This document shows, one piece after another, positions 44,738 through 57,353 of a DNA stretch of 64,000 nucleotides. The stretch is from Dictyostelium discoideum. Taxonomy: Eukaryota. The position numbers and the translations under genes were made by a program. The DNA lies in assembly GCA_000004695.1 (NCBI GenBank), contig CM000151.3, positions 768,001 to 832,000 on the forward strand. The letters are read 5' to 3'. Position 1 is the first letter of the stretch. Every line of letters starts with the position of its first letter. The notes beneath the pieces were generated by a model. The model had not been told where the DNA came from, searched no databases, and saw only the letters and a program-made list of their open reading frames with translations.

Positions 44738-46339
44738 ATGTCAGCACAAAGACAATTTTCAGAAGATCTTTGGGATAAATTTGAATCAGTTGTTAAAAAA
44801 GTTGATAATGGTAAAATTTTCACACAACAATTAAGTAAATTTCTAAGTAAACAACAACAAATTGAATCAGCCTATGCCAAGAGTTTAGTAAAGTTATGTA
44901 AAGATAAATCATTTGCACCAGAGGTTGAAATGGGGACATTGAGAGATTCATTTCAATGTTATCGTGAACAATTGGAATTGATTGGAGCATTACATGAGGA
45001 ATTTTCAAATAGATTAGAGAAATTAGTTACCATTGGTATCGATGGATATTTGGAAGAGAGTAGAAAACAAAGAAAAGCATTGATTGCCAATGGTGAAAAG
45101 TGTACAAAGGATCTAAAGACTGCGGAGTCAAATGAGTCAAAAGCAAAGCAAAACTATGAAAAGTTAAAGAGGAAACAAGAGGAGGCCAATGAAGATCTCT
45201 CAAAACAACCTCCAGGCGCCAAAGAACAAAAGGCCAGAAAGACATTGGAATCTGCAACTAAAGCCGCTGACAAAGGTGATAATGAGTATAGGGAGAGTGT
45301 GAAATGTTTGCAACAAAATCAACAGAAATTCTATCATGAAGAGATGCCAAGAATTTTAGATGATCTTCAAAGATTTGAAGTTGAAAGAATTGATAAATCA
45401 AAAGATTGGTTAATGGAAGTTATCACTCAAAATGAATTGGTACCACCCGCTGTTATCATTCATAATGAAAACATTAAAAAAGGTATTGAATCTATCGATA
45501 GAGAACGTGATCTTCAAAATTATATCTTGGTAACAATGAGTGGTGCTCAAAAACCACCAGAAGCTCAATATGAACCTTATCAATCTGGTGGTGGTTTTGC
45601 AATAGTAAATAGTTCAAGTAATAGTAATTTAAATATAAGTCGTAAATCTGGTGAATTAAATGGTGGTGGTAGTATCCAAAATGGTGCTTCAATCATTTCT
45701 TCACCACAACAACCACAATATCAAAATATAGATCATCAAACTCCACCACAACCAAATATTATAATACAGCAACATCAACAATCAAACAACAACAACAACA
45801 CCAACAATAATAGTAATGTAATGACAACTCCACCACCACCACAACCACAACCACAACAACAACAATTACCTCAACCAACTCAATTAAATAATCCACCACA
45901 ACCACCAATTTCTTTAAGTAAAAATGATAGTAGTAATAGTATAAATAGTAATAGTAATGGTGAAATTGTAAGAGCACTTTATGATTATAATGCAACAGAG
46001 GAGAATGAAATTTCATTTAAAGCAAATGCTTTAATTAAAGTTGTTTTACGTGACGAAAGTGGTTGGTGGCAAGGTATGGTAATTGGAGAGAGTGATCGTA
46101 TTGGTGTTTTCCCAAGTAATTTTATTTCAGATTCTTCTGATTCTTCAAAGAAAAGAGTGGATGTAGCAGGTAGAAAATGTAAAGTACTTTACGATTATCG
46201 TACAGATTGTGAGGGTGAATTAAATATTAAAGAAGGTGAAATTTTAACAATTGAATATGAAGATGAAGGTTGGTTCTTTGGTTCAAATGAATCAAATGTT
46301 TCTGCAAGATTCCCTTCAAACTATGTTCAAGTCATTTAA
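44738..46339 (+). CDS. F-BAR domain protein with two C-terminal SH3 domains (Bzz1/Nwk-like architecture), single exon, 533 aa
   Basis: N-terminal F-BAR (SEDLWDKFESVVKK...IESAYAKSLVKL...). Q/N/P-rich linker. SH3 #1: IVRALYDYNATEENEISFKANALIKVVLRDESGWWQG...GVFPSNFI. SH3 #2: KCKVLYDYRTDCEGELNIKEGEILTIE...GWFFG...FPSNYVQVI. Confidence 0.88.
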   Translation: MSAQRQFSEDLWDKFESVVKKVDNGKIFTQQLSKFLSKQQQIESAYAKSLVKLCKDKSFAPEVEMGTLRDSFQCYREQLELIGALHEEFSNRLEKLVTIGIDGYLEESRKQRKALIANGEKCTKDLKTAESNESKAKQNYEKLKRKQEEANEDLSKQPPGAKEQKARKTLESATKAADKGDNEYRESVKCLQQNQQKFYHEEMPRILDDLQRFEVERIDKSKDWLMEVITQNELVPPAVIIHNENIKKGIESIDRERDLQNYILVTMSGAQKPPEAQYEPYQSGGGFAIVNSSSNSNLNISRKSGELNGGGSIQNGASIISSPQQPQYQNIDHQTPPQPNIIIQQHQQSNNNNNTNNNSNVMTTPPPPQPQPQQQQLPQPTQLNNPPQPPISLSKNDSSNSINSNSNGEIVRALYDYNATEENEISFKANALIKVVLRDESGWWQGMVIGESDRIGVFPSNFISDSSDSSKKRVDVAGRKCKVLYDYRTDCEGELNIKEGEILTIEYEDEGWFFGSNESNVSARFPSNYVQVI

Positions 46340-46410
46340 ATAATCAAATAAATTCAAAAATAAAATCAAATAAAATCAAACAAAATCAAATAGTTAAATT
46401 ACATTTTGTT

Positions 46411-46454
<44 letters not shown>

Positions 46455-46810
46455 AGTCAAACTTTTAATTCAATTTTTAAAATATAAAACGTTATAATAA
46501 TAATAATAAAATAAAATAAATGATATATAATTTCTATCATTGGTATAATATACTTATTTTGGTAATTTGTTTTATTTTTATATTTTATTGTTTTTATAAA
46601 TATAAAAATAAAATAGGAAATCGGGTATTTTTTTTTTTTTAATTTTGGTGGGAATTTTATATAGATTCTTTTACTATTTTAGGATTTACCTTTTTTTTTT
46701 TAATTATAAATTGATTGGTTTTTTTTTTTTTTTTTTTTCATTCCAATATCAATTTAACAAATAAATCATATTTAATATTCAACTAATAAATAAAAAATAA
46801 AATAATTGAT

Positions 46811-47155
46811 ATGAATAATAATCCAATAATTAAAAATTATAAAAAATCGCTATCTCAATCATTTGATGATTTACTTGTAAATAAAGATATCGATGATTCA
46901 TTCACTTGTCCAATTTGTTTAAAATTATTAATTGATGCTCGTCAAGGGTGTTCAGAAGGTCATGTATTTTGTAATAATTGTATTACATCTTGGTTAAAAA
47001 ATAAAAATAATTGTGCAGTTTGTAGACTTCACATTTCACAAAATTGTTTATCAAAAAATAGATTTTTAGAATCAAATATTAAAAAAATTAAGGTAATTAT
47101 AAAAATATAATTATTATTATATAATTAATCAACTAACTATGTATTTATATTATTA

Positions 47156-47209
<54 letters not shown>

Positions 47210-47474
47210 TTATATGAAATAATAATAATAATAGGTTTTTTGCCCAAATAAGAATGATTTAAATGATTTAAATGATGATTCTGATGGTTGTCCGGAAATT
47301 CTTGAAATTGGTAATGTTGAATCCCATTCACTCAAATGTATTCACAGATTTGTGCTTTGTCAATATGGTGGTGATAAATGTGGTCCTGTTAGATTAAACA
47401 AACTATTATCTCATGAAATTGAATGTCCCTTTGTTGAAATCCAATTTGAAAACTCTAAAAAAACAAATTCCTTA
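46811..47474 (+). CDS. RING-finger / TRAF-type zinc-finger protein; exons 46811..47092 and 47235..47474
   Basis: C3HC4 RING: CPICLKLLIDARQGCSEGHVFCNNCITSWLKNKNNCAVCR. Donor ATT AAG|gtaatt, poly-T intron, acceptor aataatag|GTT. Exon 2 encodes a TRAF-type zinc finger, FCPNKNDL...CIHRFVLCQYGGDKCGPVRLNKLLSHEIECPF. Stop TAA at 47472-74. Confidence 0.75.
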
Positions 47475-47747
47475 AAAAAAAAAAAAAATTTTAGATTTCA
47501 AATCCCAAATAGCCCACAATAATTTTCACATAAACATTAATAATGCACCATTTTCAAAGGTTTTATCCAATCTAAAAATCTAAAAACAATATGGTCTGGT
47601 AATTAATTTAATTGAGTTGCCAGTATTTATTTAAAATAAAATTCTAATCAAGTTATAAAAGTAAAAATAAAAATAAAATTAAGTAAAATAAAATAAAAAA
47701 ATAAAAAAAAATCTTTATTATCTTTAATAAATTAATTAATTAATTAT

Positions 47748-47759
47748 TATTATTATTAC

Positions 47760-47857
<98 letters not shown>
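47748..47857. repeat. (ATT)n microsatellite, ~36 units
   Basis: Seen directly in the sequence. Confidence 0.9.
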
Positions 47858-47858
<1 letters not shown>

Positions 47859-48082
47859 TTTCTTGAACCAGCACCTTGAGAAGCGGCAGCATTTGTTTGA
47901 GCAGCTGGTGGTGGTGCTGCCATATTTACTAAGATAATTAAAAAGAGTGGAAGTAAATAGAACCACTTAATTAATAATAATAATAATAAAAATAAAAATT
48001 GTAATTTAAATTAAAATTGTAATTGATTAGTATATTGATCCTTATTTTTAATGTTTTTTTTTGTTTTTTCTTAAAAACTATT

Positions 48083-49023
48083 TCATAATTTACTTACATA
48101 TTTTCCAATAAATGATTGACTTTCCTCTTTTTCTTTTTCTTTTTCTTTCTCTTTTTCAACCTTTGGTTCTTCGTAGACCAACTTTAAAATATCCTCAGAG
48201 AAATCGATGATAACAAATAATTGATCTTTATCATCACCAGTAACTGGTGGTGATTTCTTTAATTGATAATTACTTGCAACAATATTCATATTATTTGAAT
48301 CTAAATTAATCTTTAAAAATTCATATTGTAATGAAGAATCATTTAAATTACCCTATATATTTATATCCATATATCAATTTATATAAATTCAATTTGAATT
48401 TGAATTTAACAATATATTTAAAAATAAAAAAAAGGATGGTATTAGTAAAATAAAAAAATAAAAATAAAAATAAAAACTATTATTATATAACAAACCTTTG
48501 GTAATGAAGAAAAAGATAAATTACTTGGATCTTTATCAGATACAACTGTTGTTTTAAATAAATCACATGATTTTTGATACAACTAAAAATAATTTTAATG
48601 TAATAATAAATTTGATAAATATATTATTTTTTATAAATTATATATATTATATATTACAAATTATATATTATATAATATATATTATATAATATATATTATA
48701 TAAATTATAATTTATATATTATGATGATGATGATGATGACTTACTGATCTACTTTCTTTTGTTAATGAATTTTTACATTTAATTTGAATTGCTTTTTTAA
48801 AATTTATAGAATCAACAGAAGTGATAGAATTGGTAGAGTGTGGTATTAATTTAGGTTTGAATAGAATTTTACATGATTTCGATTGATCTTCATTATGATA
48901 CATTGTAAATTCAATATCCTTTTGATTATTTAAATTTGAAACTGTTATACTTTCACTAATTTGTAATATTATTGTAAATAATGCAATAACAATAGATATT
49001 ATTGTTATTTTATTAAATTTCAT
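48083..49023 (-). CDS. small secreted protein (~211 aa) with a (KE)n stretch; exons 48745..49023, ~48496..48582, 48083..48352
   Basis: Signal peptide MKFNKITIISIVIALFTIILQISES. Exon 1 ends AGA TCA|gtaagt. The intron carries complex (AT)-rich repeats. Exon 2 is LYQKSCDLFKTTVVSDKDPSNLSFSSLPK. Exon 3 is GNLNDSSLQYEFLKINLDSNNMNIVASNYQLKKSPPVTGDDKDQLFVIIDFSEDILKLVYEEPKVEKEKEKEKEKEESQSFIGKYVSKL*. The exon sum is 636 nt. Exon-2 coordinates are accurate to about 1-2 nt. Confidence 0.6.
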
Positions 49024-49457
49024 TTTATTTATTTGTATATTTGTATATTTATTTATTTATTTATTTATTTATTTGTTTGTTTGTTTGTTAATTTATTTAT
49101 GTGTTAGTTTGTTCTTTCTTTCTTTCTTTCTTTCTTATTTCTTTATTTTTTTATATATTTGTGTTGTCCAATGAAAAATGAAATTCAAACTTGAAATTAA
49201 AAAATAATTTTCATATTATTTGAAACCTTGTAAATTTTTTAAAAAAAAAAAAAAAATAAAAAAAATAAAAAAAATAAAAAAATAAAAAATAAAATAAAAA
49301 ATATATATGTTTAAAAAAAAAAAAAAGTTTAATAAAAAAAATTATTTGTTAAAAAAAATAGGTGGAAAGGAATAATCAATTTAAGTTCATTGTAAGAAAT
49401 AAAAAAATAAAAGAAATAACTTTAGTGAAAAAAAAAAAAAAAACTAAAAAAATAAGA

Positions 49458-49488
<31 letters not shown>

Positions 49489-49598
49489 GTTTAGTTGAAA
49501 AATATTATTTGTTTAAAAAAAAAATAGGTGTAAAAGGAATAATTAATTTAAGTTAATTGAAAAAGAAAAAAATAAAATATCATAATAAATCACTTTGG

Positions 49599-49641
<43 letters not shown>

Positions 49642-49880
49642 ATATTGATTAGTGCGCAACTTAAATTCCAAATTATTTATTAGTGTGTAATTATAAGCGA
49701 TTTCAAGAAAACAATTGAGATGGGCAACGCAACTAGCATCTTATTTTGTGATGCTCAAAATAAGTTATATAATAAAAAATTAATAAATTAAATTTCAGTT
49801 ATAAAAATAAAAAAATAAAAAAAACAATTTAGATGAGTATTTGGCCTCTCTTATTTTGTGATGCTCAAAATAAATTATTC

Positions 49881-49913
<33 letters not shown>

Positions 49914-50431
49914 GTTAAAGTTAAAAAAAAATAAAATAAAATAAAAAAAAATAAAAATAATAAAAGTATACTCCGTTTTTGATTTTATTGTTGTTCAACG
50001 TTGTTTTTTTTTTTTTTTTTTTATACTTATCAAATCACTTTTCCACCAGTCATTTAATGACGTAAGTTATCTTGATATTTTTATTGTTTAATTTTGGAAT
50101 GTTGAAAAAAAAAAAAAAAAAAAAATTTTAAATAAAATTCTTTAACGCTGTGTTGAAAACGGAGTTTTTTTTTTTCAAAACGATGTGAAAACGGAGTGAC
50201 TTTTTTCTTTTTTTTCGAGTATTTGTTGATTGTTTATATGGAAAATGAAGTAATCCTGTTTTAACAATGCGAACCTTTTGAGAATAAATTTTTTTTTTTT
50301 TTTTTTTTTATTCTATTCTTTATTATTATTTTTTTTTTTTTAATAATTATTGATTGTTATTATCTACAAATAAAAATAAAAACAAATAAAAACAAATAAA
50401 AAAAAAATAAAAAAATAAAAAATAAATAAAA

Positions 50432-51693
50432 ATGTCAACATTGACACCACCAACATTTTTAACAGTAGAATTATGCCAAACAGCATTTAACAATTTATTT
50501 AAATTATATTATACAGATCATGACCATAGTGAAGAGGAGGGGGGTGGTCATGAAGGACATATTCATGCTGGTGTTACGTGTGAAGAAGATCCAGATAAAC
50601 AATATTCCAAACCAATTCATATAGCAGCAGTTTTCATTATTCTTGGTGTAAGCTTTCTTGGTACGATGATACCAATTTTAGCAACCCATATAAAACAATT
50701 AAGAATTCCAAGATATGCAATCATCGTTGGTAAATCCATCGGTATTGGTGTTGTATTGTCATGTGCTTTCATTCACATGTTACTACCAGCCGTCATTTCT
50801 CTCACATCGGAATGTTTACCAGAATCATGGCATGAGGGTTACGAAGCCTATCCATACCTCTTTGCCCTTCTTGCTGGTATCGTTATGCAATTCATTGATT
50901 TCGTAGTTCTCCAATACTTAACTAACAAAGAGGCTAAAAAACATTTATCATCTTCAAATGACAATATCTCACTTCACGATGTTCATACTCCAGGTGGTGG
51001 TGATGGCCATACTCCAGGTGGTGACGAACATTCAAAATCCCATTGTCACGCTCCAAGTGGTGCTCATGGAAGTCATGTCCATGGTGGACTTTTAATGGAT
51101 CCAGCTGCTCTTAAAACTATTGAAGCTTATTTATTAGAATTTGGTATTACAGTTCATTCAGTTTTCATTGGTTTGGCTGTTGGTGTTGTTGATGATTCAA
51201 CTTTAAAAGGTAAATTAATTATTCTTTAAAAAAAGATTTTATTTATACATGCACATATTAATTTTCCATCTTTTTTTTTTTCCTCCTCTCCTAAAAAATA
51301 GCTTTATTAGTTGCATTAGCATTCCATCAATTTTTTGAAGGTGTTGCACTTGGTTCTAGAATTTCAGATGCTAAATTAACATCACATTGGCATGAAGCTT
51401 TATTAACATCAATTTTTGCAGTTTCAGCACCAATTGGTATTGCAATTGGTGTAGGTGTTGCCTCTTCTTTAAATGTTAATGGTCCAACCTATTTAATTGT
51501 TCAAGGTGTTTTTGATAGTGTTTGTGCTGGTATTTTACTTTACATCGGTTTCTCTTTAATGATTAAAGATTTCCCTGAAGATATGGAAGAATTATGTAGA
51601 GGTAAAAAATATGAATACTTTTTACGTGCTGGTTTATTTATAGGTCTCTGGGTTGGTGCTGCAATGATGGCTTTCATTGGAAAATATTTGTAA
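50432..51693 (+). CDS. ZIP (ZRT/IRT-like) metal-cation transporter; exons 50432..51209 and 51311..51693
   Basis: ZIP signature helices HSVFIGLAVG and ALAFHQFFEGVALGS. His-rich cytoplasmic loop HDVHTPGGGDGHTPGGDEHSKSHCHAPSGAHGSHVHGG. Donor AAA G|gtaaat. The 101-nt intron has a polypyrimidine tract, and the acceptor is ctttattag|TT. The total is 1161 nt, or 387 codons. Confidence 0.85.
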
Positions 51694-51858
51694 AAAAAAA
51701 AAAAAAAAAAGTTAAAAATAATATATATAAATAATAATTTGGTTATTGGTGGACAATAACTAGATTTCCATTTTTGTACAAAAAAAAATAAAAAAAAATA
51801 AAATAAAATAGAAAAAAAAAATATAAAAATAAAAATAACCAATTATGCGTAATCAAAA

Positions 51859-51891
<33 letters not shown>

Positions 51892-52253
51892 CTTAAAAAC
51901 TTCGTTTCGTTTGAATATATTTAGTGAAACGAAATTTAGGAAATATTTTATTCTTAAAGAAATGATAGGTTTCACTTTGTTTTTAAAACTATTTCCAAAA
52001 ATGGAAAACACTTTTTTTGGATGGGGAAATGTTATTTTTTTTTAAAAAAAAAAAAATTAAAACATCTTTCTTTTTTTTTAATCATAAAAAAAAAAAAAAA
52101 GTCTCCCATATTTCAATTTAATAAAGTATAAAAAAAAAATAAAAAAGAAAAAATAAATAAAAATTTATATATGCATTTGCACACCTGGATTAATATTTTT
52201 AATTTGGTGGTCGAGTTTTATTATTATTATTATTATATTATATCATTTTAAAT

Positions 52254-53485
<1,232 letters not shown>

Positions 53486-53906
53486 TTTCTTTGACTTATA
53501 TATATTTATTATTTATTTATTTATTAAAAACACTGGAAAGTTGCGTTATTCTGTGTGTGTTTGTGAGATTCTGTATTTGTGTTTCTTTGAGATGATCTAA
53601 AGGAATAAATTAATGTTATTTGTTAATAATATGTTGAAAGCACTTTTCAATGTATATAATTAATATTAATTATTTCTATTCTGACAACTATCGAAAAGAA
53701 AAAAAAGAAAAAAAGAAAAAAAAAAAAAAAAATGTATTTTTATGGTTTTTTTTTTTTTTTTTCCAACTTGAAAAAAAGGGCGGCGTTGGAATTTTAATTT
53801 TTTTTGATTTTTTTTTTTTTTTTTTTTGCGTTGTAAACGTGGTCGTTAAAGAAAATGGAATACAAAATAAAAATAATAATATTTTATTTTTAACTTTTTT
53901 TCTTAG

Positions 53907-53937
<31 letters not shown>

Positions 53938-55415
53938 ATAATAATAATAATTATATATGTATAAAACAAAAAAAATAAAATAAAATAAGATAATAAAAAA
54001 TAAAAACTAATGTTGATATCTTTTTTTAATTTTTTTAATTTTTTTTTTTTTGTACAAGATATTTTTCTATTTTCGAATATTAATTTTCATACTTTATAGG
54101 TTTTTTTTTTTTTTTTTTATATTTTTTTTTGGAAAAAAAATAAAATAATGATGCGAACAAACCAACTGATCGAGTTTTTTTTATTTTTTTTATTATTATT
54201 ATTAATTTAGGATTTATATAAATATAAATTTAATATACATATACTAGCCTTTCTATTTGCATAGTTGTAAAATAAAATATAAAAAAAAAAAAACAAAAGA
54301 AAAAAAAAAAACAAAAAAAAAAATAATAAAAAAAAAAAAAGAATGTTTTTTTTTTATTAAATTAAATAGTATGGAGGGTTGTTTGTGTTTGTGTTTTTTT
54401 TTTATTATTAATTGATAACCACACATTATTGTACAAAGATTGAAAGAACAAATTTAATTTTTTATTTTTTTTTATTTTAATTTATTTTTATTATTATTAT
54501 TTTTTTTTTTTTTTTTTTTTTTTTTTAAGTGCGCTATATATTTGTGTGGGTGAGTGAATGTATGTGTTTGCATCTCTTTATTTCTCATTTGAGAATAAAG
54601 GTGAGAACGAATTTTTGAAGTATTATTTATTTAAATTTTGATCACTTTTTTTTTTTTTTTTTTTTTTATAATATATTTTTAAAAAAACTTTAAAAAATTT
54701 ATATTCATTAATTTTATTATTATATCCTCCAGTATGATTTAATCATATAGGTTTTTTTTTTTGAATGAATGAATTTTTTTAATTACAATACCTTTTATCT
54801 TTATTTTTTTATTTTAGTTAATGTTCAAGACAACTAAAAATACAAATAAATATAATAAACTTTGAGGGATAAATATATATCGATGACTGAAAAGCAAAAA
54901 AAAAAAAAAAAAGCAAAAAAAAAAAAAAAAAAAATCTAAAAAAATAAAAAAAAAAAAAAAAAATTATTTTAATTTTTTTAAAAAAAAAATAATCAGTTTT
55001 GGTCTAACGGATCGTTCCAATTTTTTTATTTTTTTTTATTTTTTTTTTGATTATTATTTTTTCTTATTTTATTTTATTGTTTTTTTTTTTCTTTTCTCCT
55101 AAAAAATAATAAAAGAAGATGAGGGATTTGATTCGGAAAAAAAAAAAAAAAAAAACCAAAAAAAAAAAAAAAAAAAAATTTATTAAAAAAAGAAATCAAA
55201 ATATATATATTCTAAACATAAATATTATTTTATTATTTTATTATTATTATAATTATTATTATTTTTATTAACCTTTTTTAATTTTTTTTAATTATAATTT
55301 TTTTTTTTTTTTTTTTTTTCTATTTTTTTTTTTTTTTGTATTTATTTTTATTTTATTTAATTTTTTTTTTTTTTTAATTTTTTTCCATATGATTGGTTAT
55401 TTATTTAGGGTTAGT

Positions 55416-55447
<32 letters not shown>

Positions 55448-55942
55448 GAAAAAAAAAAAAAATAAATAAATAAATAAATGTGGTTTTAGTGTAAATATCA
55501 TAAAAATCAAATAAAATCACAAAAAGCAATATTTTGCTCAATACAAAAATAAAAATATGTGCAGAAAAAAAAAAAAAATAAATAAAATAAAATAAAATAA
55601 AATAATAAAAATAAAATAATAAAAATAAAATAAAAAAATAAAAATAAAATAAATTAAATCTAAAGAGTTTATAAAGGAAATATTTTATTGTGTATGTGTG
55701 AGGTATATGGATATCTATTCTTGTCTGATGATAATGATTTGTAAAAATTATTTATTTATTTTTTATTCAATCAATAAAATATTCTTCAATTTGTAAATAA
55801 AATAAAATAATAAACCAAATTGCATTTACCTTTTTTTAAAAAAATTTATTTTTATTTTTTATTTTTTTTTAAATTTTTTTTTTAATTTTTTTTTGTCTTA
55901 TATATATAAACTTTTCTTTCTTTTTTCTTTACCTTCTCACTA

Positions 55943-56010
55943 TTTTAAAATAAAAATAAAAATAAAAATAAAAATAAAAATAAAAATAAAAATAAAAATA
56001 AAAATAAAAA
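55943..56010. repeat. (AAAAAT)n hexanucleotide repeat, ~12 units
   Basis: aaaataaaaataaaaat... is seen directly in the sequence. The ORF track renders it as KIKIKIK. Confidence 0.9.
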
Positions 56011-56908
56011 ATGTTTTTACTAAAAAATCAGGACAACTATTTTTTGTTTTTTTTTTATTTTTAATTTTTTTTTTTTTTTATAATTGTCAGAAAGTCAGCG
56101 CTCACAAACTTAAAATAGAAAGAAACATTCTGGCGGCAATCGTTAAAAATATTATTTTTTTTTTTTTTTTTTTTTATGTACGTGGTTTTTTAACGACAAC
56201 AGGAAACCTTTTAAACAAAATAATTTTATAATAAAAAAAAAAAAAAAAATAAAAGAACCCAAAAGTGGAAAATTCAATCCTCCAAATTTTTTTTTTCTCT
56301 TTTTATTAATTATTAAAATATTTTTATTTATACAAAAATATAAGTAATTTTGGAAATATTTGAATTTAAAATTAAGAATGTGTGAACATTCCAAGTTATA
56401 TTTGGTTATTAATAGTTTGGACCATAATTTATAAAATCGTGATGGAAAAATGACAATTTTAAAACATTAAATATTTCATATTTTAAAAAGAAAAAAAAAA
56501 AAAAGAATAAAAATAAATAAATAAATTGTTCAATGGAATAAATCAAAAAAGATATTTTGTGAAACTAATAAAAATTACCCCCACTCGCAAATGCGTTTAT
56601 TAAAATAGTTTTTTTAATTATTTTTTTATTTTTTTTTTTTCCATTATTTTTTTTATTATTTTTTTTTTTTTGTTTTATTTTGTTTTATTTTGTTATATAA
56701 TTTTTGTTTTTTTTTTTTTTATTTGGTTGAACTCAATTTGGTAATAAAGTTTAAAATATATTTTATCAATGTCAAATTACACAAACTATTTTTCATTTAA
56801 TTTAAAAAACAAAAAAAAAAATAAAAATAAAAATAAAAAAAAATAAAAAAAAAAAAGAAAAAAATAAAATTTTTTTTTTTTATTTTTTTTTTTATTTTTA
56901 TTTTTTTA

Positions 56909-56961
<53 letters not shown>

Positions 56962-57176
56962 TTGGTACCATCAAAAATTTATAATTCTTTTTTTGTTTTA
57001 TATTATTTTAATTTTTATTCTATTTAATTTTTTTTTTTTAAAAAACAAAATTTTTTCTTCATTTAATCTTTTTTTTTTATTATTTATTTATATAAAAATA
57101 TTTTATATAAATAAGGAAAAAAAAAAATAAAAAATAAAAAATAAAAATAATAATATAATAATAATAAATTTTATTC

Positions 57177-57211
<35 letters not shown>

Positions 57212-57353
57212 ATATTTAATAAATATATAAAAATCCAACCTATTGTTTTTTTTTTTTTTTTTTTTCAATTTATTTTTTTATTCTTTTTTTTTTTTTATTT
57301 TAAAAAAAAATATATATATATTGTATATAAAATATAAATATATTTTTTAAATA

